54,430 bases of DNA from a virus (taxonomy: Duplodnaviria > Caudoviricetes). Below the pieces are notes generated by a model. That model did not search any database. It was not told where the DNA came from and worked only from the letters and a program-made list of their open reading frames with translations. Both the position numbers and the translations under genes were made by a program. Position 1 is the first letter of the stretch. Each line of letters begins with the position of its first letter. Where the stretch lies: IMG/VR virus record IMGVR_UViG_3300020182_003422, positions 1 through 54,430 of that record; one strand, written 5' to 3'. This document shows, piece by piece, positions 9,495 to 19,680 of this stretch.

Positions 9495-10599
9495 AATAAA
9501 AAAAGAACAGCCAAAGACAACAGATCAGATTTCCAAATTCCTAAACGATAAAGATAATCAAAAGTACCATTATAACTTCCACGAAGCCGATGAATACAAA
9601 ATCTCAAGCGGGAGCCTAAATCTTGACATAGCTATGGGCGGAGGTCTACCCAGTGGAGCTCATAGATTTACAGGAATAAACGAAGGGGGGAAAACTAGTT
9701 GCGCAATAGCGTTTGCCAGAAACTTTCAGAAACATTTTGGCAAAAAAGGAATGGTTATCTATATAAAAAGTGAGGGCAGATTTAGTCGAGAGATGATAGA
9801 AAGGTCAGGAATAGATACGGACCCCGAAAAGTTTTTCGTATTCGACTGCAACATCTTCGAGAAAGTTTTCGAACTAGTAAGGGAATTAGTATTCCAAAAC
9901 GAAGACGATAAGAAATACATGTTCATCATAGATAGCGTTGACGCTCTATGCAGGGTTGGAGACATAAACAAGCCTTTCGCAGAATCAGAGCAAGTGGCGG
10001 GGGGAGCCTTAATCACTTCTGTTTTTTTAAAAAAGATGGTTCTCCCCATATCAAAAATGGGGCACACAATGATCCTGACAAGCCAAGTTAGAGTGGAAGT
10101 CGCAACCAATCCTTACGCCGCAAGAGGCGGGCCAAAAACAAAAGAAGCCGGAGGCAACGCCGTAAAACATTACGCAAACTTTATACTCGAATTTCAAGAG
10201 AGATATACTTCCGATTTAATATTTAAAAATCCTAGCGCCACGACACTAGACGCAAAAGGGGAACCTATAGGACATTATTGTAAAATAAAATTCAGAAAAA
10301 GTATAAACGAAAAAACCGGATCTACAACAAGGTATCCCATAAAATACGGCCAAAAGTCCGGAAAGTCCGTATGGAGGGCCAGGGAGATATTAGACATGCT
10401 ATACCTCTTTAACTTGATAGAAAAAAAAGGCGCATGGATATCGATATCAGAAGACCTAATGAAGGAGCTGGAAATTAAAAAAATGAAAATAAACGACAAA
10501 TTCCAAGGAGAACAAAGGCTAATAGACTTCCTAGAGGGAGACGAAAGCTTGTGTGATTTTCTATACCAAGACTTCAAAAAGTTAACGAATGCGCTTTAA
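9487..10599 (+). CDS. recA: RecA/UvsX-like recombinase
   Basis: ISSGSLNLDIAMGGGLP, Walker A GINEGGKT, Walker B FIIDSV, SQVR and GGNAVKHYA motifs. Confidence 0.9.
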   Translation: MSKIKKEQPKTTDQISKFLNDKDNQKYHYNFHEADEYKISSGSLNLDIAMGGGLPSGAHRFTGINEGGKTSCAIAFARNFQKHFGKKGMVIYIKSEGRFSREMIERSGIDTDPEKFFVFDCNIFEKVFELVRELVFQNEDDKKYMFIIDSVDALCRVGDINKPFAESEQVAGGALITSVFLKKMVLPISKMGHTMILTSQVRVEVATNPYAARGGPKTKEAGGNAVKHYANFILEFQERYTSDLIFKNPSATTLDAKGEPIGHYCKIKFRKSINEKTGSTTRYPIKYGQKSGKSVWRAREILDMLYLFNLIEKKGAWISISEDLMKELEIKKMKINDKFQGEQRLIDFLEGDESLCDFLYQDFKKLTNAL

Positions 10600-10999
10600 C
10601 ACTCTAACTGGAGCTGTACGTACGGTAAAAAAAGCTAAAAAATACCTAATAGACTGGGAAGCTCCGAGTAGAAGCAAAATACAATTTAAGACAAAAAAAT
10701 TCCTAGAAAAGTATTGGAAAGGCCACATCGTATTTGAAGAATTCCCGGTTGCGGGGAGCAAGCTATCTCTAGACTTTTATAACGCCAATAAAAAAATTGC
10801 AGTGGAAGTTCAAGGCAAACAGCACACGAGATACGTGCCATTTTTTCACGCAAACAATAAGATAAATTATATAAATCAGCTAAAAAGAGATCAGGACAAA
10901 CTAAGGTTCTGCGAACTAAACGAAATACAACTAATAGAGATATACGAAGAGGACACTCTAACCGAAAAATTATTTGAAAACTTCGGAGTTTTTCTTTAA
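10589..10999 (+). CDS. PD-(D/E)XK endonuclease, Vsr/DUF559-like
   Basis: LDFY...IAVEVQGKQH...RDQDK...LIEI pattern. Confidence 0.75.
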   Translation: MRFNTLTGAVRTVKKAKKYLIDWEAPSRSKIQFKTKKFLEKYWKGHIVFEEFPVAGSKLSLDFYNANKKIAVEVQGKQHTRYVPFFHANNKINYINQLKRDQDKLRFCELNEIQLIEIYEEDTLTEKLFENFGVFL

Positions 11000-11016
11000 A
11001 ATGTGTATACTACAGT

Positions 11017-11298
11017 ATGAGCGAAGAATTTATTGATCCTGAGAACCTAGGCAAGTTTCATTTGCCCGAAAGCGTAATCTCTCTACTTTTTGAGCTTAGC
11101 GGCTCAGGAAAAGGGGATAGCGGCTTTATACTTACCTACGTGAACCAAGAAGGGGTGCCATCAATCATAACAAAAGTAAACTCTCCAATCATAGAGCTAG
11201 GCCTAAGGCAATCTCTAGTACAATACCTCGACCAACTAGCCGCTCAAGAGATAGAGCTAAACCTTCCAAAAGACTCAGGCGACGAAGAAAATCCTTGA
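11017..11298 (+). CDS. Hypothetical protein
   Basis: 93-aa ORF with GTGTA (11003-11007) 9 nt upstream. Confidence 0.65.
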   Translation: MSEEFIDPENLGKFHLPESVISLLFELSGSGKGDSGFILTYVNQEGVPSIITKVNSPIIELGLRQSLVQYLDQLAAQEIELNLPKDSGDEENP

Positions 11299-11323
11299 CT
11301 TTAAATCAGGTAAATGATATCAT
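11295..11323 (+). promoter_or_regulatory. sigma70-type promoter (leaderless) for the helicase-primase operon
   Basis: TTGACT-17 nt-TATCAT with an extended -10 TG, 6 nt before ATG 11330. Confidence 0.75.
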
Positions 11324-11329
11324 GTAAGA

Positions 11330-12844
11330 ATGATATATTCTTACGAACTAGAGCAACACCTAATAGGAGGTTTAATAAAATTTCCCGAAGCCTATCCATT
11401 AATAGCGGCATTCATAGATGAAAAAGATTTTTTCGACGGGAACACAACAGTAAATAAAACAATTTTTTGCGTACTAAGGCAGTCGCTAGAGTCGTCTGAC
11501 GCATTAGACGAAGTATTATTATCTCAAAGAGTTCAATCTTTAAACATATCCTTTGAGGACAACATAAATATCGCAGATTATATCAAAGCTTTATCGATGA
11601 GACAAATATCTAAAGATGGAGTCGTTAAAGCAGCAAAAGAACTCAAAAAACTTACTGTCAGGAGGGAAATTCACAACTCCGCACTAGACGTGGCAAAAAG
11701 CATGAAATCAATAGCGTCAAGCTCAAGCTTTGACGATATCGTTGGAGAGGCAGATAAAGTATATAATGACAAAATTAATTTATATGAAATAGGATCCAGC
11801 AACCCAGAAAACTTATTTGAGGATATGGAGGACTTCATAGAAGAAAGAGGAAATAACCCGATAGACCAGTTTGGATTAATGGGGCCCCACAAAAGAGTTA
11901 ACGAATGCTACGGATCATTACTGAGGCCGGGAAATATAACTGTGGTTGTCGCAAGAGCAGGAGTGGGGAAAACGCAGTTCTGCATGGATTTCTGCACGAA
12001 AGTCTCCAGCATGAATAATAACGTGCCAATACTTCACTTTGATAACGGAGAAATGAGCAAAGAGGAGTTGATAGTGAGGCAATGCTCGGCTCTCTCAGGA
12101 GTACCAATGAACCTACTAGAGACAGGAAGGTGGAGGCAGGCTGGAGATGAAATTATAAATAAAGTTAGAGAGACATGGACAAAAATAAAAGGGCTTAAAT
12201 TTTATTACTATAATGTCGCAGGGCACTCTATCGAAAGCATGATCAACATAATAAGAAGATTTTATTTCTCTGAGATCGGCAGGGGAAATCAAATGATATT
12301 TAGCTTTGATTATATTAAAACAAGTTACGAAAGGCAAAATGGAGCAAGCTCATGGGAGACAGTAGGAAGAATGGTAGATAAATTCAAACAGCTCATACAA
12401 AAAGAGCTTTGTTTTAATGACGGCCCCGTAGTTTCTATGCTTACTAGTGTTCAGAGCAATAGGTTAGGAATAACCAACAACAGGAGTTCAGACAATGTGG
12501 TTGACGACGAAAGCATAGTTTCACTATCGGATCAGATTACTCAATTCTGCTCTCACTTGTTCCTTCTTAGGCAAAAAACTATGGACGAAATACAGTCCGA
12601 ATCGGAAGGGTTCGGTACCCACAAGCTTATTTGCTTAAAATACAGATGGTTAGGAGAGGACGTTCATAGAGCCTTGCAGCCAGTAGAAATGCCCGACGGA
12701 ACAAAAAGAAAAAACTACATAAACCTTCACATGGAAAATTTCAACATAGAAGAAAGAGGGGATCTGCAGGATTTAGTTTCCCACATGGAATCAGAGGGAG
12801 TTGGAGCGGTTGAAGGCTTCATGGAAGAGCTTCCTAATATATGA
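11330..12844 (+). CDS. dnaB: DnaB-like replicative helicase
   Basis: N-terminal ELEQHLIGGL DnaB domain, Walker A ARAGVGKT, GEMS, Walker B FSFDYI, QSNR. Confidence 0.9.
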   Translation: MIYSYELEQHLIGGLIKFPEAYPLIAAFIDEKDFFDGNTTVNKTIFCVLRQSLESSDALDEVLLSQRVQSLNISFEDNINIADYIKALSMRQISKDGVVKAAKELKKLTVRREIHNSALDVAKSMKSIASSSSFDDIVGEADKVYNDKINLYEIGSSNPENLFEDMEDFIEERGNNPIDQFGLMGPHKRVNECYGSLLRPGNITVVVARAGVGKTQFCMDFCTKVSSMNNNVPILHFDNGEMSKEELIVRQCSALSGVPMNLLETGRWRQAGDEIINKVRETWTKIKGLKFYYYNVAGHSIESMINIIRRFYFSEIGRGNQMIFSFDYIKTSYERQNGASSWETVGRMVDKFKQLIQKELCFNDGPVVSMLTSVQSNRLGITNNRSSDNVVDDESIVSLSDQITQFCSHLFLLRQKTMDEIQSESEGFGTHKLICLKYRWLGEDVHRALQPVEMPDGTKRKNYINLHMENFNIEERGDLQDLVSHMESEGVGAVEGFMEELPNI

Positions 12845-13878
12845 TCTCCCAGGAAAAAATAAAAGAATGCCTGACTAATCTTGGGTATAGACTTCAAGAC
12901 AGGGGCCCTTATTGGCAAACTAACGCCATATTTAGAAACGGGGACAATCGAACCGCAATCCAGATATATAAAGACTCAGGAGTATGGAAAGATCACGTGC
13001 AGAATAGTCCGTTCTCTCCATTAAAAAGGCTGGTTGAGATGACCCTGGGGACAAACGACCCTAAAGAGCTTAAGAAGTATCTAGAAGATGACGATATAGG
13101 ATCGAACTACAACAAAAAAAAATTCTCAGAGAAATTAGAAATGGAAGAAATATACCCAGAAAACTGCCTTAAAAAATTACTACCTCATTATAAATTCTAC
13201 AACGACAAAAATATATCCTCTGATGTGCTGAAATCATTAAAATCTGGCTACGCGACCAGCGGAAAGCTTAATAATAGATTTATCTTCCCAATATATAACG
13301 AACACGGGCAGATCCATGGATTTTCTGGTAGAGATATGAGTCGCTCAACAAGCAGGCCAAAATGGAAGCACGTGGGAAGAAAGAAAGGCTGGGTATACCC
13401 ACTTTATGCAAGCCCAAAAACAAAAGAATCCATAAGCAAGACGGGAGAAGTTATACTCGTAGAAAGCATAGGTGACTTGTTAAACCTAAACCAAAATGGG
13501 TACAATAACGTACTGGTTACTTTTGGCCTAGATATATCCACCAAGTTAATATGTTCAACATTATCGCTCAATATAAATAAAGTCGTAATCTCACTAAATA
13601 ACGACTCTGGCTCAGAAAAAAACAGAGGATTAGAGGCTAGCATAAAAAATTACCTAAAACTATTAAACTACTATGATCCGGACAAGATACTAATATGCCT
13701 ACCAACTGCAAAAGATTTTGGAGACATGAGTAATGACGACTTTAAATTGTGGAATAAAAAACTACAATCAACAAAGCCCGAAAAGCAGAAAAAATTCATC
13801 ATTAATAAAATTAACGAAATATACAAAACTTTACCAAAGTCCCTATTAAAAAATAAAAAAATAATAACCAATGAGTGA
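12841..13878 (+). CDS. dnaG: DnaG-like primase (TOPRIM)
   Basis: NRFIFPIYNEHGQIHGFSGR, KWKH and ILVESIGDLL motifs. ATGA-coupled to the helicase. Confidence 0.85.
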   Translation: MISQEKIKECLTNLGYRLQDRGPYWQTNAIFRNGDNRTAIQIYKDSGVWKDHVQNSPFSPLKRLVEMTLGTNDPKELKKYLEDDDIGSNYNKKKFSEKLEMEEIYPENCLKKLLPHYKFYNDKNISSDVLKSLKSGYATSGKLNNRFIFPIYNEHGQIHGFSGRDMSRSTSRPKWKHVGRKKGWVYPLYASPKTKESISKTGEVILVESIGDLLNLNQNGYNNVLVTFGLDISTKLICSTLSLNINKVVISLNNDSGSEKNRGLEASIKNYLKLLNYYDPDKILICLPTAKDFGDMSNDDFKLWNKKLQSTKPEKQKKFIINKINEIYKTLPKSLLKNKKIITNE

Positions 13879-14953
13879 ATTAACTAAACTATCAGCAAGC
13901 AGAATTAAAACCGCACAAACTTGCTCTTGGACATACTGGTGCAATTATAAATTAAAGCTCCCTCAAGCAGGAAATGACGGCTCAAGTAGAGGAACAATAT
14001 GTCACAATATATTTGAACTTCTAGGAGACAAGCATAAAGCTGAATTTAATAAAATAACAAAAGAAGGAACAATATGGAATACCAAGATTGTCGCCGCTCA
14101 AGTTAAGGAAGAAGCCGAAGAGTTAAAGGTTGATGATCAAGAAAATTTGGACTTGATCGACGAAATGATTGTTGCTGGGCTTCGTTGTGATTTCTTTGGA
14201 GACACAGAAGAAAAGCCTGAAGAAGCTGAATCGGAAAGGTTTTTTGATTTAGAGATAGATAAGCCCGAAAAAGGTATCAGGTACGCAGTAAGGGGCTACA
14301 TAGATAAACTTTTCAAATACAAAGACAATTCGGTAATTATTAGAGACTTCAAAAGTAGTAAGCAAGTTTTCAAGGGGAAAGAAATAACAGACAACCTGCA
14401 AAACCTTATATACTCCCTAGCTGTAAAACATTTAATCCCAGAATCGCAACCCCAAAGTGAGTTTATCTTCTTAAGGTTTGATTTGGATAAGGATGTTCTA
14501 GGAGAAAGAGGAAAAGGTTATGTTAGAATGGAAAAGATAACAGAAGAAGAGTTGGAAGGCTTTGAGCATCAATTAACACAATTCCAAGAGTACCTAGACA
14601 ACTTCGATGAAGCGTGTGCTACGAGTAACTTTGCAGCAAAGCAAGATTACCCCAGGGACGGAACGTTTGGAGGCCCTCTTGCTTGCGGAAAAGACGGCTA
14701 CAAAATATCAAGAGGAGAACCAATACTAGATCAAAACGGAGAACCAATCAAAGCCTTTATTTGTCCATACAGAAAACCTATGGAGTACTACGCAATAAAA
14801 GATCAGGACGGAAACGTAACAAAAACATCCTTTATTGATAAAAAAGAAACGCTAGAAGCGGACGGCTCCAAAGGAGAGAAGGTTGTAAAAATGAAATATG
14901 ATGGCTGCCCACACTGGGAGAACAAGCAAAAACTAGATGACTTCCTCGATTAA
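13871..14953 (+). CDS. PD-(D/E)XK exonuclease of RecB/AddB/Cas4-like type, possible Fe-S cluster
   Basis: LSASRIKTAQTC, GTICH, RGYIDKL...IIRDFKSSK, QNLIY and C-terminal cysteines. Confidence 0.85.
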   Translation: MSELTKLSASRIKTAQTCSWTYWCNYKLKLPQAGNDGSSRGTICHNIFELLGDKHKAEFNKITKEGTIWNTKIVAAQVKEEAEELKVDDQENLDLIDEMIVAGLRCDFFGDTEEKPEEAESERFFDLEIDKPEKGIRYAVRGYIDKLFKYKDNSVIIRDFKSSKQVFKGKEITDNLQNLIYSLAVKHLIPESQPQSEFIFLRFDLDKDVLGERGKGYVRMEKITEEELEGFEHQLTQFQEYLDNFDEACATSNFAAKQDYPRDGTFGGPLACGKDGYKISRGEPILDQNGEPIKAFICPYRKPMEYYAIKDQDGNVTKTSFIDKKETLEADGSKGEKVVKMKYDGCPHWENKQKLDDFLD

Positions 14954-15347
14954 AGAATATATTGCAGCAGGGATTGTCGCGCAGTTTGGGAGTCTTGTGT
15001 TGCTTGGTCGGCGCAGTAAAAATTGCCACAACCTCTCAGGTCATTGGTCAATGCCGTGTGGAATGATTGATCCCGGAGAAAATTCCGAATATGCCGCAAG
15101 AAGAGAATTTCTTGAAGAGACCGGTGTTCTTGCGAACAAAGAAATAAAGTTTCTCGACGACTTCGAAGTGAAAGACGGCAAATACTTCGCGTTATACTCG
15201 ATGCAGATAGACGACCTGATCTTCCCGAGCAATGACGCAATTGATGCAATAGAACATGACGAATGGGGCTTTTTTAAAATAGAAAAAAACTCACTTCCTT
15301 CACCAATGACAAAAGAAACAAGAGGCGCAATACTAAAGTTAAAATGA
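14937..15347 (+). CDS. NUDIX hydrolase
   Basis: Nudix box GMIDPGENSEYAARREFLEETG. Confidence 0.9.
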   Translation: MTSSIKEYIAAGIVAQFGSLVLLGRRSKNCHNLSGHWSMPCGMIDPGENSEYAARREFLEETGVLANKEIKFLDDFEVKDGKYFALYSMQIDDLIFPSNDAIDAIEHDEWGFFKIEKNSLPSPMTKETRGAILKLK

Positions 15348-16081
15348 TTTCCCTAATTACATCCATGTTTAATGCGGAAGAATTTATTGATTCTTTTATG
15401 GAAAACATTCTCGAACAAACTGTCTTTCATAAATGCGAACTGATAATCATAGATGCAAATAAAGAACCAGAAAAACACTTGGTAGAAAATTATCTAAAAT
15501 ATGAAAATATAAAATATAATCATATCAGTGACTTCGGGCTTAGTAAAGATCCCGGCGTTTATGGGTGCTGGAATCTCGCTATTAAAAACGCATTAGGGAA
15601 ATACATAACGAATGCCAACGTAGATGACCGCAGAGCAAAGAACGCAATCGAAAAGCAATTTAACTTGCTTGAGAAAAAAGAGTATATAGACCTTGTATAC
15701 TATCGAACCCTAGAGACAGACCTGCCAAACGAAACTGTTGAAAATAACTCAGCAAAAATAGAGTTCCCATGTATAGATTTTTCTTTTGATAATTTAATCA
15801 GAGTAAACTCCCCTCATTGCCAACCGATGTGGAGAAAAAGCATTCACGAAAGATTTGGATACTTCAACGAAAGCCTTAAATTCGCAGCGGATTACGACAT
15901 GTGGTTAAGAGCTGCAGAGCGAGGAGCAAACATGCAAAGAATAAACGAAACACTTGGGTTATACTATAGAAACCCGCAAGGAATTTCCTCAAAAGAGGAA
16001 ACCTTAATGGACGCGGTTCAAGAAGTAAATCAATTAAAAATGCAATATTTCAACAATGTACATGCGAAACAACTTACGTAA
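15344..16081 (+). CDS. Glycosyltransferase family 2
   Basis: ISLITSMFNAEEFI, LIIIDA, WNLAIKNALGKYITNANVDD and ADYDMWLR motifs. Confidence 0.9.
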   Translation: MISLITSMFNAEEFIDSFMENILEQTVFHKCELIIIDANKEPEKHLVENYLKYENIKYNHISDFGLSKDPGVYGCWNLAIKNALGKYITNANVDDRRAKNAIEKQFNLLEKKEYIDLVYYRTLETDLPNETVENNSAKIEFPCIDFSFDNLIRVNSPHCQPMWRKSIHERFGYFNESLKFAADYDMWLRAAERGANMQRINETLGLYYRNPQGISSKEETLMDAVQEVNQLKMQYFNNVHAKQLT

Positions 16082-16775
16082 ATTAGGAATAATTCAGCCA
16101 GGAAGAATAGGGGACATTATTATATGCCTGCCTATAGCAAAATATTATTTCGACAAAGGGTATGAGATAATATGGCCCATAGATAAAAAATACATTAATC
16201 ATTTTGTTAATCACATTAATTATGTTCGATTTATAGAGTCTCCATATCACATTCAAAGCTGTTATAATATATGCCTACAGTCTGGATGTAATAATATAAT
16301 TGATTTATCTTTTCGACTACCTGGTCCAGTCAATAATTTTAATAACACAAACTTTGAACTCGGTACTCTTCACTTCGATGAACTAAAATACGAAATAGCA
16401 AATGTACCGCTTGAAGAGAAATACAACCTATCAATAACAAGAAATAAAGACAAAGAAAATCAATTAGTAGAGGAATTAAAAATAAACAACGAAAAGTATT
16501 CAGTAATTCACACGCAAGGGTCAGACGGATACAGGGCATCTTTCGATAGAGATATATTTAAAAACAATCTGGTCATAGAGATATCCGAAATGACAGAAAG
16601 CGTTTTTGACTGGATTAAAGTTTTAGAGGGTTCAGAAAGTTTATGCATGATAGACAGCTGTTTTTCTAATTTATGCAATCAATTAAAATTAAAACAAAAG
16701 AAATATTTCGTTCACAGGCCGCCGCCCAATGTGCCGCCAGCCATAACAAGCGATTGGGTAATACATAATGAATAA
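16056..16775 (+). CDS. GT9 (heptosyltransferase)-like glycosyltransferase
   Basis: IIQPGRIGDIIICLP N-terminus and IDSCFSNL C-terminal motif. Confidence 0.65.
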   Translation: MYMRNNLRKLGIIQPGRIGDIIICLPIAKYYFDKGYEIIWPIDKKYINHFVNHINYVRFIESPYHIQSCYNICLQSGCNNIIDLSFRLPGPVNNFNNTNFELGTLHFDELKYEIANVPLEEKYNLSITRNKDKENQLVEELKINNEKYSVIHTQGSDGYRASFDRDIFKNNLVIEISEMTESVFDWIKVLEGSESLCMIDSCFSNLCNQLKLKQKKYFVHRPPPNVPPAITSDWVIHNE

Positions 16776-17547
16776 AGTCGCCTTCACAATCGTCCTAAAT
16801 GGCATGCCATTCATAAAGGATCAATACGAAATAATACCTAAAATATTTGATCATTGGTACATAATCGAAGGAGTTTCTAAAAATATTAATTGCACTAGAT
16901 GGTGCAATCCCGTAGCTAGAGAATACCACGAAAACAACCTTTCGGTCGATGGAACTCGGCAATTCCTGGACACAATCAACAAGGAGAAGAAAATAACAGT
17001 AATTCGGAAAAAAAACGGAGACGCATGGAACGGAAAAGTTGAAATGTGCAACAGCTTCATGCATTTTATTAAAGATTGCGTATTGATGCAGATTGACGTA
17101 GATGAATTCTGGAGCGAAAGCGTCCTGCTTGATATATTCAAATACTGTAAGGCACACAATAACTTTGACGCCATGCAGTTCAGGTGTAGTTTTTACCTAG
17201 GAAGTAATCTCGTGGTTAATGGGAAAAATTGCTATGGAGATATGGACTGGGACTGGTGGAGGCTCTGGATGATAGGCAAGCATAATAGTTTCATATCTCA
17301 TGAGCCGCCAAGAGTAAAAAATCAAGCGCTGGCAATTCACAAGAATAGTACTAGTAAAGCCGGATGGACTTTCGATCACTTTGCGTATAAATACAAACAC
17401 CAGTTGGAATTTAAAGAAAAATTCTATGGATACAAAGACGCAGTCAATCAGTGGGAGCGGCTAAACTCGCTCGAGAGCTATGAGAATGTGTTCGCCGAAA
17501 AATACCTAAAATGGATAAAGACAAGGTGCCCGATAAAGAAAATTTAA
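16768..17547 (+). CDS. GT-A fold glycosyltransferase
   Basis: WYIIEG, SVDGT, QIDVDEFW (DxD) and FDHFAY motifs, within the glycan cluster. Confidence 0.7.
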   Translation: MNKVAFTIVLNGMPFIKDQYEIIPKIFDHWYIIEGVSKNINCTRWCNPVAREYHENNLSVDGTRQFLDTINKEKKITVIRKKNGDAWNGKVEMCNSFMHFIKDCVLMQIDVDEFWSESVLLDIFKYCKAHNNFDAMQFRCSFYLGSNLVVNGKNCYGDMDWDWWRLWMIGKHNSFISHEPPRVKNQALAIHKNSTSKAGWTFDHFAYKYKHQLEFKEKFYGYKDAVNQWERLNSLESYENVFAEKYLKWIKTRCPIKKI

Positions 17548-18197
17548 GATTTGGAACGGACAGGGATGCCAGCGGCCTAGGTGACACATTATTACTTACC
17601 GCTGTATGCAAAAATCTACAGACCAAGCCTACCATCTTACTTCATCCAACTAAAGAGCGATTTAGTATTTTGTTTGACAAGATAGCTAACATTGAAATCA
17701 CAACAGAGTCGCTGCCTCTATCTAACATAGGCGGCGGACACTATGCCACCCAAAAGCTTAAAAACTTTTATAGCAACGCTCAAGCCTTTGACGTAAGACC
17801 CATAGTGCTTCACACATGCATACAATCTGAAATATGGGCAGACAATATTATACGTTCTCTCGACAAACCCCCCTTGATATGGCAGCCATACTGTTGTCCT
17901 ACCTGGCACAAGACGCGATCGATCCCTGAGCGCAAGCATCAGGGCATAACTGGCAAATATCAAGACCACTACTCGATATTAGATTTAAGCCGTGAGCCCT
18001 ATAAAAACATACCTCTTTCTAAATATATATGCCTGTTGCGCAAGTGTGGCATGTACGTCGGTTGTAACACCGGGGACATGCATCTTGCAATTGCGGTTGG
18101 ATGTAGCTGCGAAATACACGAGCCCCCCTCTTGCCGCTTTTTTCAGAGCGAAAAATGGAAATACTTCCACCCATCAGTAACATACAGGATAATCTAA
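17511..18197 (+). CDS. GT9-like glycosyltransferase
   Basis: GLGDTLLLTAV and YVGCNTGDMHLAIAVG, matching the GT9 DTGxxHxAxA motif. Confidence 0.75.
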   Translation: MDKDKVPDKENLRFGTDRDASGLGDTLLLTAVCKNLQTKPTILLHPTKERFSILFDKIANIEITTESLPLSNIGGGHYATQKLKNFYSNAQAFDVRPIVLHTCIQSEIWADNIIRSLDKPPLIWQPYCCPTWHKTRSIPERKHQGITGKYQDHYSILDLSREPYKNIPLSKYICLLRKCGMYVGCNTGDMHLAIAVGCSCEIHEPPSCRFFQSEKWKYFHPSVTYRII

Positions 18198-18198
18198 T

Positions 18199-18759
18199 AT
18201 GACAACTTACACCAAGGATACTTTTATCGAACTGCAAAGAAGAACCGGCTCAGGAACAGACCGCTTCCCCTTAAGCAAAGACATCCAAGCGGCTAAAAAT
18301 TTACTGCGAGACTGCGCCCAAATTTTAATCAGTAATAAAATTGAAACAATCCTATTATTTGGTAGCCTGCTAGGTTACTTTAGGGATAACGATTTAATTC
18401 CGCACGATGTAGATATGGACATTGGAGTTCTGAACGCTAATAACATTAAAAAAATCCGAAAACTGATAGAAGGGGGAAGCTTTAAAGAAAAAGGTATTCT
18501 AGCAATAAAAGACAGGGAATTTTCTTTATTCAGGGATGGGTTTTATGTTGATTTTTACTGTTTTAAAAAAGAGGGCTCTAAGTATTTCTCAACACTAGGG
18601 TACCCCCTTTACTTTCTTGAAGAAAAGAATTTCCCACTACAGAAAATAAATTTCTTAGGAATGGAATTTTCTACGGTTTTTAATATTAATGAATATATAG
18701 TAGATCGATATGGAACAGACTGGAAGAAACCCAAAAAAAATCATGGATCAAAATTCTGA
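18199..18759 (+). CDS. licD: LicD-family nucleotidyl/phosphotransferase
   Basis: LLFGSLLGYFRDNDLIPHDVDMDIG and RYGTDWKKP. Confidence 0.85.
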   Translation: MTTYTKDTFIELQRRTGSGTDRFPLSKDIQAAKNLLRDCAQILISNKIETILLFGSLLGYFRDNDLIPHDVDMDIGVLNANNIKKIRKLIEGGSFKEKGILAIKDREFSLFRDGFYVDFYCFKKEGSKYFSTLGYPLYFLEEKNFPLQKINFLGMEFSTVFNINEYIVDRYGTDWKKPKKNHGSKF

Positions 18760-19306
18760 AAACTCAAAATACTGGACAGACTTTTATTCGAGTCAGTCAG
18801 TCACTCCAAACCCCTCCCCCTTTGCCGCCTCATGCTTGCCATATATAAAAGAAGGCTCGACGCTAATAGACGTTGGATGCGGAAACGGAAGGGACTCGTC
18901 TTTTTTTGCAAGGTCCGGAATTAACGTCCTATCTATAGATCAATCCTTCCCGCAAGAACTTTTCGCAACAAACTGCTTTTTCTTAAATAGCGATGTGGAT
19001 AACATGCCAAATATAAAATGCGATTATATTTATGCTAGATTCTTCATTCATGCCATCCCCCTGGATAAAGAAATCAAATTTTTAAGCTTCATCAAGAATA
19101 ATTGCAAACATTTCTTTATTGAAGCGAGGTCAGATAAAAGTAAATTCAATGGAAATCACTACAGGCGCTTCATTAACTTAGAAAAATTAAAATCTAGACT
19201 AGATGCGCAAAACTTTAACTATACAGTAGAGGAGTCAAGAAACTTAGCTAAGACTGACACAGAAAACCCTGTCATAATAAGAGTCTACGGAAACGTTAAT
19301 GATTAA
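18743..19306 (+). CDS. Class I SAM-dependent methyltransferase
   Basis: LIDVGCGNGRDS, IYARFFIHAI and HYRRFI. Start placed at MDQNSEN (18743). Confidence 0.85.
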   Translation: MDQNSENSKYWTDFYSSQSVTPNPSPFAASCLPYIKEGSTLIDVGCGNGRDSSFFARSGINVLSIDQSFPQELFATNCFFLNSDVDNMPNIKCDYIYARFFIHAIPLDKEIKFLSFIKNNCKHFFIEARSDKSKFNGNHYRRFINLEKLKSRLDAQNFNYTVEESRNLAKTDTENPVIIRVYGNVND

Positions 19307-19643
19307 GATAAGTGTAGACGAAGGATATGCATTTGATTATTTATCAATCCTGGAAATTAAGTCAAGAAAGATAAAACAAAACAAAACGCTATCTTCCTTC
19401 AAAGAATGTAAAAAATTAATCAGCTCGCAGTTAAGCGGCGAATTGTTTAGTAAAATTTACAGCTCCAATGAATACTCTGCGTGCCTAAAGGCTAATCAAG
19501 AAACATTTAATGCTGTAGAAAGAGCGAGGTACGGAAAAATATCCTCCAAGGAAGTAGACGACCTAAACATGAAAAGGTATGCAGCGAAATCCAACCTGCA
19601 GAAAAAATTCTTTAATAATAAATTATCTGAGAGTAAGACATAG
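19299..19643 (+). CDS. Hypothetical protein, DUF6165-like
   Basis: ISVDEGYAFDYLSILEIK...LNMKRYAAKSNL resembles small proteins found in glycan loci. Confidence 0.55.
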   Translation: MIKISVDEGYAFDYLSILEIKSRKIKQNKTLSSFKECKKLISSQLSGELFSKIYSSNEYSACLKANQETFNAVERARYGKISSKEVDDLNMKRYAAKSNLQKKFFNNKLSESKT

Positions 19644-19680
19644 AACTATAAATCTTTTCTTTTTTCTTTAATATTACGTA

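Noticed and set aside
13871-14953. Cas4 as part of a CRISPR-Cas system
   Set aside because: It sits in the helicase-primase operon with no cas1/cas2 or array. It is best read as an ordinary phage recombination exonuclease.
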